Shown here: positions 1 through 12,779 of the stretch, one piece after another
Numbering within the stretch: the first letter of the stretch is position 1
How the letters are laid out: each line of letters starts with the position of its first letter
From: Camelus dromedarius
Taxonomy: Eukaryota
Direction of reading: 5' to 3'
Assembly: GCF_036321535.1 (NCBI RefSeq)
Contig: NC_087436.1
Location: 113,958,001-114,022,000, forward strand
DNA length: 64,000 nt
Made by a program: the position numbers and the translations under genes
The notes under the pieces: generated by a model
What the model saw: only the letters and a program-made list of their open reading frames with translations
The model's database searches: none
Told to the model about the DNA's origin: nothing

Positions 1-559
1 GATGTTCTTAAAATTTCATCTCAGTTTTTCACTTAACATTAATTTTTGAGCATTTCTTCCATTAGTAAATATTTTAAAGCACAATGTTAAATATTGAATA
101 CTAGTTCTTCATGTGAGTGTGTCATTACATAGTTAATCAAATTCTCTTGTATTTTTCTATTTTCTGTCCTTTTAAGGTCATGAGTAGCCTTGTACATAGA
201 TGTTTAAGTATAAAGATATAATTCTTAGCAGATATAATTCTTTCTCTCCACAAGTTAACAAGCTAATCTAAAAGCAGTCACATTTTTAAATAGCTTTTAG
301 AGACAATAATGAAAGATACTATAAAGCGATATCTCCAGTAGACTGTGTTTGGAGCGTTTGAAGAACAGAAGCCTTGTTGACTCTGTATGTGGTCTCTCTT
401 GGGTCAGAGACATTCCTCTCTTTTCCCATTTCTGCCACTTTAGAACATTCCCCTCCTTTCCACAATCATTGTTCTCTCTGCCTCAGGATTCTCTCCATGA
501 CAAAATGTTTCCTTCACCTTGAGAGATCTGACCTTGAATACATTCCATTTTTATCAAAG

Positions 560-850
560 TTTATTTGTATAACATTCATTAAATCTTAGATAATCTCCAC
601 TTATAAAACCTCATTATCCCTTATTTATTGACCATGCTTTATTCCTTTTCACAGAACCTATTACCACCTGATATTGCATCATATGCTTATTTTTTTACTC
701 TTCTATCAGAAGTTTATTTTCCATTAAATACTAGCTCCCAGAGGGCATAGGACTAGTTGGTTTTATTCATCATTGAGTCTCCAAAGCCTAAAACTGTTCC
801 TAACAGAATAGGTTGTCAATAATATTTTTAAACAGATAAATAACTAAATG
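560..850 (+). mobile_element. L2 LINE 3' end (ancient)
   Basis: Degenerate match to the recalled L2 tail (tagctcccagagggca...ttcatcattgagtctccaaagcctaaaactgttcctaacagaataggttgtcaataatattt). Confidence 0.7.
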
Positions 851-1881
851 ACTGTAAAACACCATGTGTGTGTAATAAAGTAGTTTCTTATATAAATAGC
901 AAATTTCATTTTATCCCTCCAACAGCCCTGTGGTACAAGTTGCTGATTCCCAGTTCTGCCTCATATTCAGCCTCTGCTAGAAGTGCTTTTGATGGGTCTG
1001 GCACACCCCCTAGCATGCCAGCACTGTCAGAGGTGTTAAAGACCCCATGGGCACAAGCAGTGCTGGCCTTCACCGTCTTCAGAGAGGCCCCTTCTACTCA
1101 TCACGTTGGTCCCGCAGCCTCCAGTGCTTTCTCTTACTTCTCAGCTTCCCCGTCCCTGCTACAGCCGTCATAGTCTCCCATGCCCACAGACAACCCCTGA
1201 GTGGGTGCCCTCTTCCTCAGTGTCTCTTGAGTATGTTTTAGTGCTGGCCTTCTAGGGCATAGTCACCCACACTTTCTGCCGTGCCTTTCTCACCTTCTCG
1301 GATGGGGCCACCAAGACACTCAGTCCTCTCTTTCTGGCCCATTTCGACTTGTGTGGGAACCTCTCCGTGTCTCCCATCAACTTCAGATGTCCCACATCAC
1401 TAGGATTCCCTATTAAAACCAAGACAGAAATAGCCAATCATAGCTCAATATATGTTTCCTAAACTATTGAATCAAGAACAATTAGTAAATAAATGAATGA
1501 ATAAACAGATAAATGCATCTTTGCAGATAATAAATCCTTTATCTAAAGAAATTTTTCATTACTTTCATCAATTTTGGTTGAATTTCAGGAATTAAGGATT
1601 ATTTTTGAAAGAATGTGTCAGTGGTAGAAAATCATTATTTATTTTAGCTGCATTTTTGTCAGGAAACTATGCTAAAAGGTGATCTTGCACATTTATAACT
1701 GTATTTCTGGTCCTAGATTAAATTTTTAGTATTTTCCTCCAAAGGTCTTTGTAAAGCATGTAGAGTAACTTAAGGAATTGTGAATGTCTGATAACAATAT
1801 CTAGGAATTGTTGAGTGTGGACTATGTGACAGACGTTGTATAAACATTTAATCCTCACAAAAATCTTATGTTGTAGAACAT

Positions 1882-2110
1882 TGATCAGGGTAGGATAAAT
1901 TAAACTGTGGTAACAAACTAAAATCTCAGAGGATTAACACATCAAAGCGTTACTTCTCATTCATGCTGCGTGTTAACGAAGATAGGGAGGGGTCTCTGAA
2001 CCACTCAGGTCAATAGAGGACCCAAGTTTAGAGACTCTGCCTTATTACATCTATCCATCAAGAGAACATGCTTCCAGTCACCTTAGTAAGAAAACAGAAA
2101 GCATGTGCAT
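1882..2110 (-). mobile_element. MaLR LTR fragment (MLT1J/K-like)
   Basis: tcagggtaggataaattaaactgtggtaacaaac...aaatctcagaggattaacacatcaaag...ttacttctcattcatgc resembles the reverse-complemented MLT1 3' end. Confidence 0.5.
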
Positions 2111-3858
2111 TTTTCTCAGAACCATCCACATGTATCAAGTTTGAGTTAATGACATCACTGCCATAGAAGAAGGGTGGGTGCAAGTTCAACCAAAGGGCCT
2201 TTAAGCCCACTTGCTATACCTTTGCACTGACTTTGTCCTTCAACCTTCGGTGAAATATGCAGAGAGTAATTAGTAGATCTTTTGATGGTTATCTACCTCA
2301 CAAAAATATTATAGTGAATTATTTATATAACTTTTTGGAAACTACTGCATTTCTCAAACTCCATTACCTTGATTTTTGAATCAGCAATGGTATATTCAGC
2401 TTACCACCTTTTTTTTGGAATATCTGAGCTTGAATTCGACTTCAACTATTCAAAAATTTTATGGTGTTTACACGTTATTTTTTTTTTTTCCTGAATGAAT
2501 CTCATTTTCCCCAGATGTACTATATAAAAATAAGAACTATTTATAGGACTGTGGCTAGAATTGTGTATTTTAAAATGTATGTACTCTATGTATGTAGAAC
2601 TATATGTAAAAATGTAATATCGCATTTATCTGACACATAGTTATCTCAGTAATGTTACCTATTATTATAGAGTCAACTATTCCTAATCTTAAGATATTTT
2701 GAGAATTACATAATAAAATATAGATGTATCATATTATGGAAATTCCAAAGAATGGGATCTTTTTAAAGAACTTGTAAGCCAAGGACAAAATTGCGTTTAA
2801 GGTAAATACTGTATAAATTGACCCTAAAATACACCTTTAGTTTCTGTCTTTAGATTCCTTATTTTTGGTAAAGACCAGAAATTCTGGGACTTTTTACATT
2901 AATTTTCTCAGAATTATTCCTGTTTTTAGAAATTTAAAGCTGAAGTAAGAATTAGAGAAAATTTCTGTTGATTTAAAGACTGCAGTGGGATTTCCAAATA
3001 CATTTTGAGGTATTAGAAAAGACTAAGAAATTGAATGTTAATTAATGGCAAAAAAAAAAGTGACCTATTCTAAAACCAGTGTGTTGAGTTTCACCGTATT
3101 CTAATTTGTTAAGTGGATCTTGGTAATACAGTTTTGAGGACACACTGGTAAGTTCATTTTTTAAATGTCTCTTGAATTACAAGTGTTTTCTTTTTTTATT
3201 CAGTAGTTATACTTATGGAATTCATACAATTTATAAATGTACACAGTTTCAAAATGATATTACAAGGTAAGTTTTGTATTACATTTTAAAGTAAAATAGA
3301 AATGATCTAAATGTCTATCAAAATGGTGCTGATTATGCTACACTTACATAATAGGAAACTAAGGCAGTTTTATTTAATAGTGCATGGAATAACAATCAGT
3401 AGATCCTGCTCAACCATTTCATAAAACCGGGGAAAGTCTAGCCTCTTATATGCCATCAGAAATATCTCTTGATAAAGTTTGAATCAAACTTAAGGTCTAT
3501 CAAGGGGGCCAATGGTGAGAAGATTTTAACTGCATTACATTTGATGTTTCATGGAAATAACTACATAGAAATGCCTCAGGTTCTTTGAGCTTGGCGTTGC
3601 TCTGTCTGGAATTCCTTTATTCTCAGATCTTCAAATGGCCAGCTACACTCATTCAAGCTGCAGCTCAGATATCCCCTCATCAGTGTAGAGATACTTTTAC
3701 TCCTCTACGTTGCTGGTAAGGCTAGAAAATAGTACAACTATTTTTGTAAAAAGCTTTTTCTCAATTTTTAAGAGAGTTAAACACTTACCAAAATTATGAC
3801 CTAGCATTTTCACTCTTCTGTGTCTTATGTTCGCTTCTTTGATGACAAAATGTAGGCT

Positions 3859-3859
<1 letters not shown>

Positions 3860-3895
<36 letters not shown>

Positions 3896-3904
3896 TCACA
3901 CACT
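3860..3904. repeat. Compound (CT)n(CA)n microsatellite
   Basis: Directly visible: (CT)10 followed by an interrupted CA run. Confidence 0.95.
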
Positions 3905-3909
3905 CATTC

Positions 3910-4440
3910 TTTTAAATTTTTCTTTATCTTTGGTTTTCAGAAGTTTGACCATAATGTACCCAGGATTCATTTTCTTTATCTTGTTGGCATCTGCTGAACT
4001 ACTGGAAACTGTGGGTTGATATATGAATAAGTTTACACGTAAATTCTAGGCCATTGTCCTTTTGAACATTGGTTCTAACCCGTTCTTTTCTTTCCATCTA
4101 GGACTCCTGTTATACACATGTGAAATATTTTGGCTGTGTCCCTTGCATTGTGTCTGGTTTTTCATCCCTTTTCTCTTTGTGCTTCAGTATGGGTACATCC
4201 TCTACTGGTTTATTTTTGAGGTTCTCAGTTCTAACTTCTTTGGTGTCCAGGCTGCTGCTAAATCATTCAATGAGTTCTTAATGCTAGATGAGTATGTATT
4301 TGGTCAGTTCTAGGGTATCTATTTGAGTTTTTATCAATTCAATTCATCTGTTGAAATTAACTGTCTTTTTTCTATTCATCTACTTTTGCTTCTATATTCT
4401 TTAACATAATTTTAGTTTTTAAATATTTACTAGTTCTTTC
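3910..4440 (-). mobile_element. Old L1 ORF1-region remnant
   Basis: T-rich strand with motifs typical of antisense L1M ORF1 (tggttttcagaagtttgaccataatgtacc, ggactcctgttatacacatg, gtccaggctgctgctaaatcattcaatgagttc). Confidence 0.6.
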
Positions 4441-4445
4441 TATCA

Positions 4446-5070
4446 AATTTTTAATTGAGACTTTATTTTTAGATAAGTTTTAGGTTCACAGCAAAAGTGA
4501 ATGGAAAGTAGAGAGTTTTCCCATATATGTCCTGGCCTACACATGCATAAACTCCAGGAGATGTTATCAACATCTCCTGCCAAATTGGCACATTTGTTAT
4601 AATTGATGAGCCTACATTGACACATCATAATCATCCAAACTCCGTTACAGTTCACCCTTGTGTTGTACATTATAGGTTTGAAAAATGTAAAATGACATGT
4701 ATCTATCATTATGATATCACTCAGAATATTTTCATTGCCCTAAAAATCCTCTGTGCTTTGCCTGTCCACCCTTCCCCCATACCCAAGAACTGGCAACCAC
4801 TGATCATTTTACTTTCTCCATAGTTTTCCCTTTTCTGGAATGTCATACTGTTAGGATTATACAGTATGTAGCCTTTACAATTCCTCCATGTCTTTTCACA
4901 GCTTAATAGCTCATTACTTTTTAGTACTGAATAATGTTCCATTATCTGGATGAACCACAGCTTCTTGATTCATGCACCTAGTGAAGGACATCTTGTTTCC
5001 TCCCAAGTTTTGGAAATTATGAGAAAAGCTTCCATAAACAATCCTATGCAGATTTTATGTGGACCTAAGT
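4446..5070 (-). mobile_element. L1MC-type 3' end
   Basis: ttttaggttcacagcaaaagtgaatggaaagtagagagttttcccatat...ttgttataattgatgagcctacattgacacatcataatcatccaaac...tttagtactgaataatgttccattatctggatg matches the recalled L1MC1/2 3'UTR. Confidence 0.8.
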
Positions 5071-5269
5071 GCTCTTTATTTTATGGAATTGTATTTTATC
5101 TTGACTTCATTATTTCTACAACTTTCCACTATCTTGAAAACATGATTGTTGTAATCTATACTTTTTTTCTGTTTTTTCATTGACCTATAAACTATTTCGT
5201 ATTTTCTAGAAGCACAAGCCTGAAACATAATTTTGATTTATCAGACTGTTAAGAAAATCTAAATTTTTA

Positions 5270-5890
5270 TAACTCATTATGTTGGCAAAGCTGTGAAGAA
5301 ATATGTTATTAAATTGCTAGTACAAGACAGACAGAAAGTAATTTGTCTATAGCTATCAGTGTTACAAATGCTTTTTTTTCCCCCTGACTTATCAATTACA
5401 TACACTTCTAGGAACTTACACTCTATTTACCTTTAAATGACATATTATAATAGTATTTGTTGCAACATCATATCTAATTGCAAAAGATTAGAAATAATCC
5501 AGATGTCCATGAACAAGATGATAGTCTAAAATGGAATGTGAAGCTTGCTTAGCCAATTGTGGAGTTCTTTGTCAAACAGCATGGAAAGATAGCGAAGATA
5601 TATTGTCAAGTGAAAATATGAATATGTAGATCAAGAGTGTAGAGATGTTAATATTTGAAAAAAGTTGGAAATTCCAGGAAATATGTATTTGTGTTTAATC
5701 TTGTAAAAAATAATTGGAAATACACAAGAGACCAATAATAATGAGCACCTATTGAAGAAGGGAGAGTAGAAACTGAGTAGTTGGAGGATAGAATGTAGGA
5801 AGCAACTTTTTACTGTATACTTTTATAAATAGATATAGATATACTCTGTGAATTTATAGCCCATTCACAAACAATAGACATGTCTAAAAA
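5270..5890 (+). mobile_element. L1ME-type 3' end
   Basis: A-rich and diverged, with L1 3' motifs (tgttggcaaagctgtg, taattgcaaaagattagaaataatccagatgtcc, catggaaagatagcgaagatatattgtcaagtgaaaa). Confidence 0.6.
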
Positions 5891-6604
5891 GTAATAAAAT
5901 AGTAAAATCCATAACACTTTTAAGAGAAAGACTAAGTAATGTCACACATAACATTTAACACAAGAAAAAGTTATACTTACTCCAAAATTGTACAGTATTT
6001 TTTGCCCAAGGCTGACCAAAATTGGGGGAAAATGTGGAGAATGAGCTGAGTCAAAGAATCGTGGATTAAATGTACACAACGATATTTGGCTTCTCTCAGA
6101 TGCCTCAGCAAATTTAACTTCCAAAACTTCTTAGATAATGCCAACCATGCTCATTGAAGACAGGGTAAAATCTTTTCTTACCCCAGGAAATAAACATTTA
6201 ATAACCAAAGTCTCAGTGAATCCCACCCACATAATCAGATTGTATTCATCAGCATTTGTAAATAGAAGCAAAATATTCTAGAAGATACATATTTTAAGAT
6301 AAATAAATACTATTCTTCATCAAATTTACAGAAAAGACTTGCTGGAAACCTAATGGGAGCTCTAGGCATTAGGCCAACTCACTGAGGAAAAATAAAACAT
6401 TGCACGCCCAGGGAGTCTGTATCTTAGAAGAAAAGCTTGCAAAACCAGTCTCTAGCCTGATATTTCTCAGGGGAAAAGCAAGATGAGTGTCTTGGCCGTT
6501 GTTAAATGAAGAACTTGCAACTATTCATTCTTAATATTTGACAATGTCTAAGAATCCAATTACATGTCCTTTGGAGTCTTAGCATCCTCCAAGTATTCTG
6601 TTTT

Positions 6605-6770
6605 AGTGGACAGAGAAATGGTTTGAAAGTCAGGAAACATAGATTCCTATCTCAGCTGTACCATTAGTTGACCTTGGGGCAATCCATTTCTCCTCTTCAT
6701 GCATTCATTTCTTCCTCTGAAAAATAAGGTCTTGGATCTAGATAATCTCTATAATGCCTTCAGGGTTCTA
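6605..6770 (+). mobile_element. MIR3-like SINE
   Basis: aagtcaggaaacatagattcctatctcagctgtaccatt...gaccttggggcaatc...ctctgaaaaataagg...ctagataatctcta core. Confidence 0.6.
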
Positions 6771-7399
6771 TATATTAAAAGAAATAAATGTCCATAAGAG
6801 TGAAAGGCTCGAGGAACTCCATTCATTATGTTGAACTGCACAGAGAAGTTCTTATACATTATCTGGTTTACACAGAAGCGGCTGGTTCAGGAGTCTAGCT
6901 GAGTCACTTTCCCTCTAGGTCTCAGGGACTCTCCTGTGGAATAAGGCAATTGGGCTAGACAACCTCAGTATATTTTAAATGAGATGATGGTTCATGAACT
7001 CAAGAGAATGATGTTGAATACCTTGGTGTTGATGAGCTCATTGGCCTTGCCAGTTTATAACCTGTTCATATATTAAATAAGCACAGTCTCGACCCAACAT
7101 ACTTGGTCCAAATATTTAAAGCACTTTTTTTCTGCTTCTTTCTCCCTTCCAGTTCAGCCAGTCTTGACCATTTCAGTGTCTACAAGGTAAGAGAATGGAA
7201 TATTAGAGAAAAAGAGAGTTGAGGACCTCAGCATTTCTCAGCATGCATCTGAACATGAGCAGTAATAGGGGTTAAAATATCCCCAATGTGATCTCCTTTC
7301 ACTAGCCAACAACCTCTCAGAGTTAACGCAAATGCGTCTTCTGAGTAGTCACTAGTGTGTCAAAACATCATCTCTCCAAACACACTTCCCTTTTTATTC

Positions 7400-7700
7400 T
7401 AGCTACTATTTATAGGTAACTATTAGCTGCTACATATTTTACTAAGCCCTTTCTTTTTTTTTTAAAAATTTTATTGAGTTATAGTCAGATACTAAGCCCT
7501 TTCTGTATACCATCCCTTTTAATCCACATAACAATGCTAAGATACTATAATTGTCACTCAGTTTTACAGTAGAGAAAATAAAGGCTTAGAGTGGCTTGAT
7601 GGCTAGCTGAGGTCACACGGGTTGTCCCAGGTATTTGGTTGCCAAACTAAGCTTCAAAGTCAAATTTATAAAATCCAGATTATATTGCCAGTACATTGTC
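7400..7700 (-). mobile_element. MIR SINE, interrupted by a tiny L1 insertion
   Basis: tttaatccacataacaatgctaag...cagttttacagtagagaaaataaaggcttagag...gaggtcacac antisense MIR core. Confidence 0.6.
7455..7489 (-). mobile_element. Ultra-short 5'-truncated young L1 (terminal 3'UTR bases plus polyA) with 15-bp TSD
   Basis: Direct repeat tactaagccctttct at 7440-7454 and 7490-7504. The reverse-complemented insert tctgactataactcaataaaatttttaaaaaaaaa matches the L1 end at 23423-23440. Confidence 0.85.
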
Positions 7701-8189
7701 TTGCCTTTACTCCACCTAAAACTATTTTTCAAACATGAGACATTATCTATTATTATTCTCATTTGCTTTACATATCTCCCTCACTGTCTGAGACTTCCCT
7801 ATCCAAATATTTGCTATAGCAATTTGCAAAAATATTTTATTAAAATCATTCAAATTGAATATCCAATCTAACAAATTTGTCATGCCTGCCATATTTAAAC
7901 ATTGTTTGCAAATCTAGGCTGGAGGAAGCAGAGTGTGCAAAAGCCTTATCCCAGCTATTCTTCCCATGGGACCACATCAAATGCTTGTATCACTTAAACA
8001 TGCCATGCTTTGTCAGTACCATCTTCCCTGCATTATTAAGTGAAAATGATTTAAAGAAAGTGCAAAAGACAATGAATAAAGTAAGAAAAAAACAGGTAAT
8101 TAATTAACTAATTAATTATTTAAAGAACTTAGAAAAACCTGTGCTTCAGGAGAAAATTTGGAAGTAATTAAGTGAATTGAGGAAGAAGA

Positions 8190-8945
8190 AAGCCATCATC
8201 CTCATCTAAACATCTTCCAATGAGACCTCCACGCCATCCACCAATGGGACAAAGGTAATCAGTGTCACTAGTGGCTCCACATTGCCAAAATGAAGAGTTG
8301 ATGTTCAACCACTATTTTATTCAGCTCCTCACCAGGATTGGACACAACTGCTTGGTCTCTCTTTCTTGAAATAGTCTCTCCCCTTGGCATGTTCTCCTGG
8401 TTTTCTTCTTACTTAAATGGCTGCCACTTCTCATCTTCCCCACTTCTGAACTCTGGAGGAAACCAGATGTCAGTTTCTGGACTTTATCTCTTCTCTGTGT
8501 TTACTCCCAAGGTAGCTTCATCCAATTTTTAAATACTATCTATAAACAGATGACTATTAAATCTCAGTCTTCAGTCTGACATCTCTGTTGTACTTCATTG
8601 AAGCTCTCTGTACCATATATTCCTCCTACCTGCTTTGTAGAGAAAAAAATACTGGCCTGTAACAGTTAATGATTTTCATGGTGCAAATGCTCTCAATGCG
8701 TGACCAGCTTTAAGCCACTACTGTGAAATGGCTCTCTTTAACCAGTAGAATTTGGTTCTACACAACCCATGGTTATATATAACTGTGTACTTGGAATCTT
8801 TCCTTGGATGTCAAGTAGTCTTTTCAAACATATGATCAAAAAATAATTCTTAAGTTCTCCCTTTCCTAAACCTCCTCTTCCACTAATTTTCTTTTTCTTC
8901 TTAAATGGAACCATCATTTACTCAATTTCTCATTTAAAATTCTTG
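8190..8945 (+). mobile_element. L2 LINE internal fragment
   Basis: gtcactagtggctccacattgccaaa, ttggacacaactgcttggtctctctttcttgaaa, ttctcctggttttcttcttac and cttccttggatgtc are typical L2 RT-region motifs. Confidence 0.65.
8600..8772. mobile_element. MER63-like hAT DNA transposon nested in L2
   Basis: gattttcatggtgcaaatgctctcaatgcgtgaccagctttaagccacta resembles the recalled MER63 core. Confidence 0.5.
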
Positions 8946-10964
8946 GGGGAAATAATCTACCATTTTTTCTGTTAGCCTTCAGTTTAAAAGGTTGTGGAAG
9001 GGGCTCTTTTCAAACTGCTAAAAATCGAAGGGCAAAATTATTCTGGGATGTCAGGCACTGACCCAGTTTTCTCCCCTGAATAAGTATGTAAACTTGCAGA
9101 CTCAGAACCTGGTTCTAGAAAGGAATGCTCAACATTAGAGAGCATCTCTTAAAAAGAAGCATGTGTAGTGTAAGTGGAAGTATGTCTAGAAGCATGATGT
9201 AAGGTCATGTATAAAAAGGGCAACAATAATGTGAAAATTGAACTCTGCACTTCCTGTAATACCCATCCTTGCAAGAGTGACACAGACAACTATAAGACCC
9301 CAACGAGGGTTCTGGGGACCAAGAAAAGCCAGGCTGAATTAGTACTACATCTGTTCCTGCCCTGTGTAGCTACACCATTGCTGGTAAGATTTTGTATTTT
9401 TGATGAACTAGAATGGATATTTAATCTAAACATTCTCTTTTTTGCACATGTGTTTGTGCGAGCATGTGTTTCCTTCACACCAATTCACAACTCACCAGAA
9501 AACATGTCCTCCATATATGAGCCGAATCAGAAACTGGAAATAAATCTGAATTGTCTATACTTTTATTATTAAAAAATCCAGACATAAAGAGGAGTGTACA
9601 AGATAATATGAAAATGTGTCCAACAAGGAGATATAACATGTGATAACAGTTCTGAGATGTTGATTTGGGGTCTTTTTTATCAGCACGCTTATGTGTAGTT
9701 GTAGCTATTTTTGAGCCCTTCCCAGACCCAGGTACAACCACTACTATGAAGGTAATGAGTACTCCCAGGAAGATTTATTCTGAGAATGCCTAATAGTCAC
9801 GTGCGAGACATGAAGGGCTTGGTGCTACTACATTCTGATGGAAATATGTGCTTTCCTGCATCTCTAAACCTTCAGCAGCTATTGTTGCATCATTCTTACT
9901 GCCAACAATACTACCAGCCTGGCTCTAGAATGCATTTCCAAGAATAGCCTTTCCATTATGTCCAAGGCTGCTGGAAATCTCCTCCCCTCTTTGGGAAGAT
10001 TTCTTTAGAAAAATCAAAAGTCTGTGCTTAGGCATTAAAAATAACAAATGCACTGCGCTCTCTCCTCCCTCCTATCTCACTTGCAATCTCACAGGAATTA
10101 AAAGTATTCTGGGGAACACTTTTAAACTAGTTTTTTTTTTCAAAGTGCACTGCCCTTTGAGCTTCTTTTCTGTCCCAGAGTTCTCTTACATAATCACAGC
10201 TAAGTTTCAGAATAACTTTGCTCTAAGCATACAGTGTTCAATTAGTTTCTGGCGCAGATTTGCCTCTGTAAGGAGTCTCGGATGTCCTCGCCAGCACTCT
10301 GCATGGAACAAATGGGAAAAATCACACTTGCATGATCAAATTTAAAAAAAGGTAAAGATATAAAATTTTAACATAAATACAGTATATTTTATATTAATAT
10401 ATTTGACATCAATATTATATTGTCATGGTGTATTTCATATATTTATTTAAAATACAGGTGTACATGTAAATATTTTAAAGCACATATTTTGTTATATACT
10501 TATAAAACTTGGTTCCTATAACATTCTTTGTTTCTCTCATCTGTGCCTTGTATGCTAAGTTATCTATGTCAGGTGTATGTATACATTATATCATTGATTA
10601 GAATGTGCCTTCCTTAGAATTGAGAACTATGTCGACTTAATTTCTGTGCTCTGCTTTGCACTAACTCTTGGAAGACAGTATTTATGGAACAAATTTTATG
10701 GAATTATGAAAGTTTAGCCCAGAAGGCAAGGTGAGCCATGGAAATATCATACAAAGTATAGATGCCAAAAAGAAAATAGATTCACAAAAAGTCTGAGGGT
10801 CTTCACTCTGCTTTGGGAGTAGCTGAGGCATATAAGCAACCAATGGTCTGGGTTAAGGGACCTACTAGCTATTATAAGGGCAAGGGAATAAAACCTAGTA
10901 GATTGAATACAGAAAAGAAAAATCAAATTTTAGGGTTAAAGTCAAAACCAGTGTGAGTGGCCAG

Positions 10965-12775
10965 CAGTTTCAGCTCTTAAGAGATACAGTTAGAATGAGT
11001 GTCTTTCCTACCCTTACAAGAAAACCAGCTGGGCAAAACTTTTTTTGTTTGTTTGTTTGTCTGTTTTACATTTATCTGAGAACTGAGGTCACAAGGGCAA
11101 ATAATTAACCTAAAATATGTATAGAGGATACATCAATAATTAAAAGCAAGATTTAAGCATTTACTTACCATTTACATAGCCACTGATTGCCATTTAAGTT
11201 GGCAAGAAGAGTCAACTAGTAAATTTTAATTAATAGCTACAGGCTAAGTATAGATTAGTGACAGTATGAAGCTACTATGGGACACAGACAGCGATGTTTG
11301 TACACTCTCCCAGGCTTTCCCATCAGGTGCTCACAGGGAATATATGAGAGAATCTCAAGAAAACCATCTCCATAGTACTGTCTAAAGGAGAGAAACAGGA
11401 GTTACTGCTGATACTCCGCCCAGTCCCAAATCCACTATCTCCCCTTGAAACAAAACACTTGACCTGCATAAGGAAAAGCAACCAAACTTAAGCCCGAGGG
11501 CATTGGTTGAAACCCAGTGCAGCTGGAGGAGGGAAATAAGGAAGAACAAATGGAAGATCCACTTTACTTCTAGAGGAAGAAAGGGATAATTGTAAATTCC
11601 ATACTCCAAGGCCCAAGTTCACAGTGCCCAAGACTAAAGCTTAATTAAAACATCAAATAATGCCCCCAGGAGCCCCTCCTACATACTAACTAGCACTGAG
11701 TAAAAATAACATTGGAATATTGCTACAAGGATTGCTACAAGAGACAGATTTTCTCAGGGGAGCAGAGTCAATGAAAGACCTGGGGGCATGTGGGGAGATC
11801 CAAAACCGAATGGTTAGAAAACTTCAAATCCAGTCCAATTTCTGAGTAGATTAGACCAAATCATTGTATTAAAGAGCTGGGGTGGGGAAAGGCATGATTA
11901 TCTACAAGCATAAATATTATTGATGTCAGTACCTATTACCCTACACAATACGCCAGACTTTAAAAAGAAAGAATTACACAGAAGTTGAATGCACGTAGTC
12001 CACAAGCAAAAACCAGACTGACATATTCATAGATATTAGGATTAGCAAATAAAACAATTTAAAATAATTATGATTAACATGTGAAATCTTCTATTGGAAA
12101 AAAAAATAAATGACAAAACACAAGATGAGATAAGTAATGTCATTAGAGACAGAAGCCATAAGACAAAACAATAAAATTGTGATCTAAAAATATAAGCAAA
12201 AACTCTGTGTCAAATATGGAGAATACCTGCAATGGGCTTACCAGTAGATTAACACAATCAAGGAAAGAATCAGTCATCTTAAAATAGATTAATAGAAATT
12301 ATCCAAACTTAAATGCAAAGAGGAAAAAAAATTGAGAAAAAAATAGAACAGAGCATCAGAGATATGAGAGGCAAAATTAAATGATCTAACATATATGGAA
12401 CTAGAATAAAATATGGAGAAGAAAGAGAAGAGATACTTGAAGAAATAATGACTGAGAATTTTCCAAAAGGAGCAAAAACATACCAAACCATAAATTCAGT
12501 ATCAGACAACATGAAGTGGAATAAACAGCAATAAAACTACACATAGTTCTACATTAATCATTTTGTTTACATCCAAAGACAAAAAGAAAATCTTGAAGGC
12601 AGCCAGAAAAAAATAAATAAGACAAATTACGGAAAGAGAAACATTTATAAGAATTACGGCAGACTTCTCATTAGAAATCATGTAAGCAGGAAGGTAATGG
12701 AGTGATGTATTTGAAAGACAAAGAGAAAAAAACTGAATTCTATATTCAGTGAAAATATCCTTGAAAAATTCAGGG
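10965..12775 (+). mobile_element. Old L1 (L1MC/MD-like) 5'UTR plus degraded ORF1
   Basis: ORF1p-like peptides, broken by stops and frameshifts: EEIMTENFPK (about 12439), KDKKKILKAAR (about 12575), IRITADFSLEIM*AGR*WSDVF (about 12647). Confidence 0.8.
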
Positions 12776-12779
12776 AAGA

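Noticed and set aside
900..1410. Minus-strand reading as a processed pseudogene (DGEAEK*EKALEAAG...ALLAEAEYEAELG)
   Set aside because: I could not match it to any protein I know, and no polyA tail or TSD is visible; TBLASTN would be needed.
3081..3267. Two GTAAGT donors and an acceptor suggesting adjacent exons
   Set aside because: The implied intron is only about 56 nt, the upstream segment has stops in all frames, and the peptides are unrecognisable.
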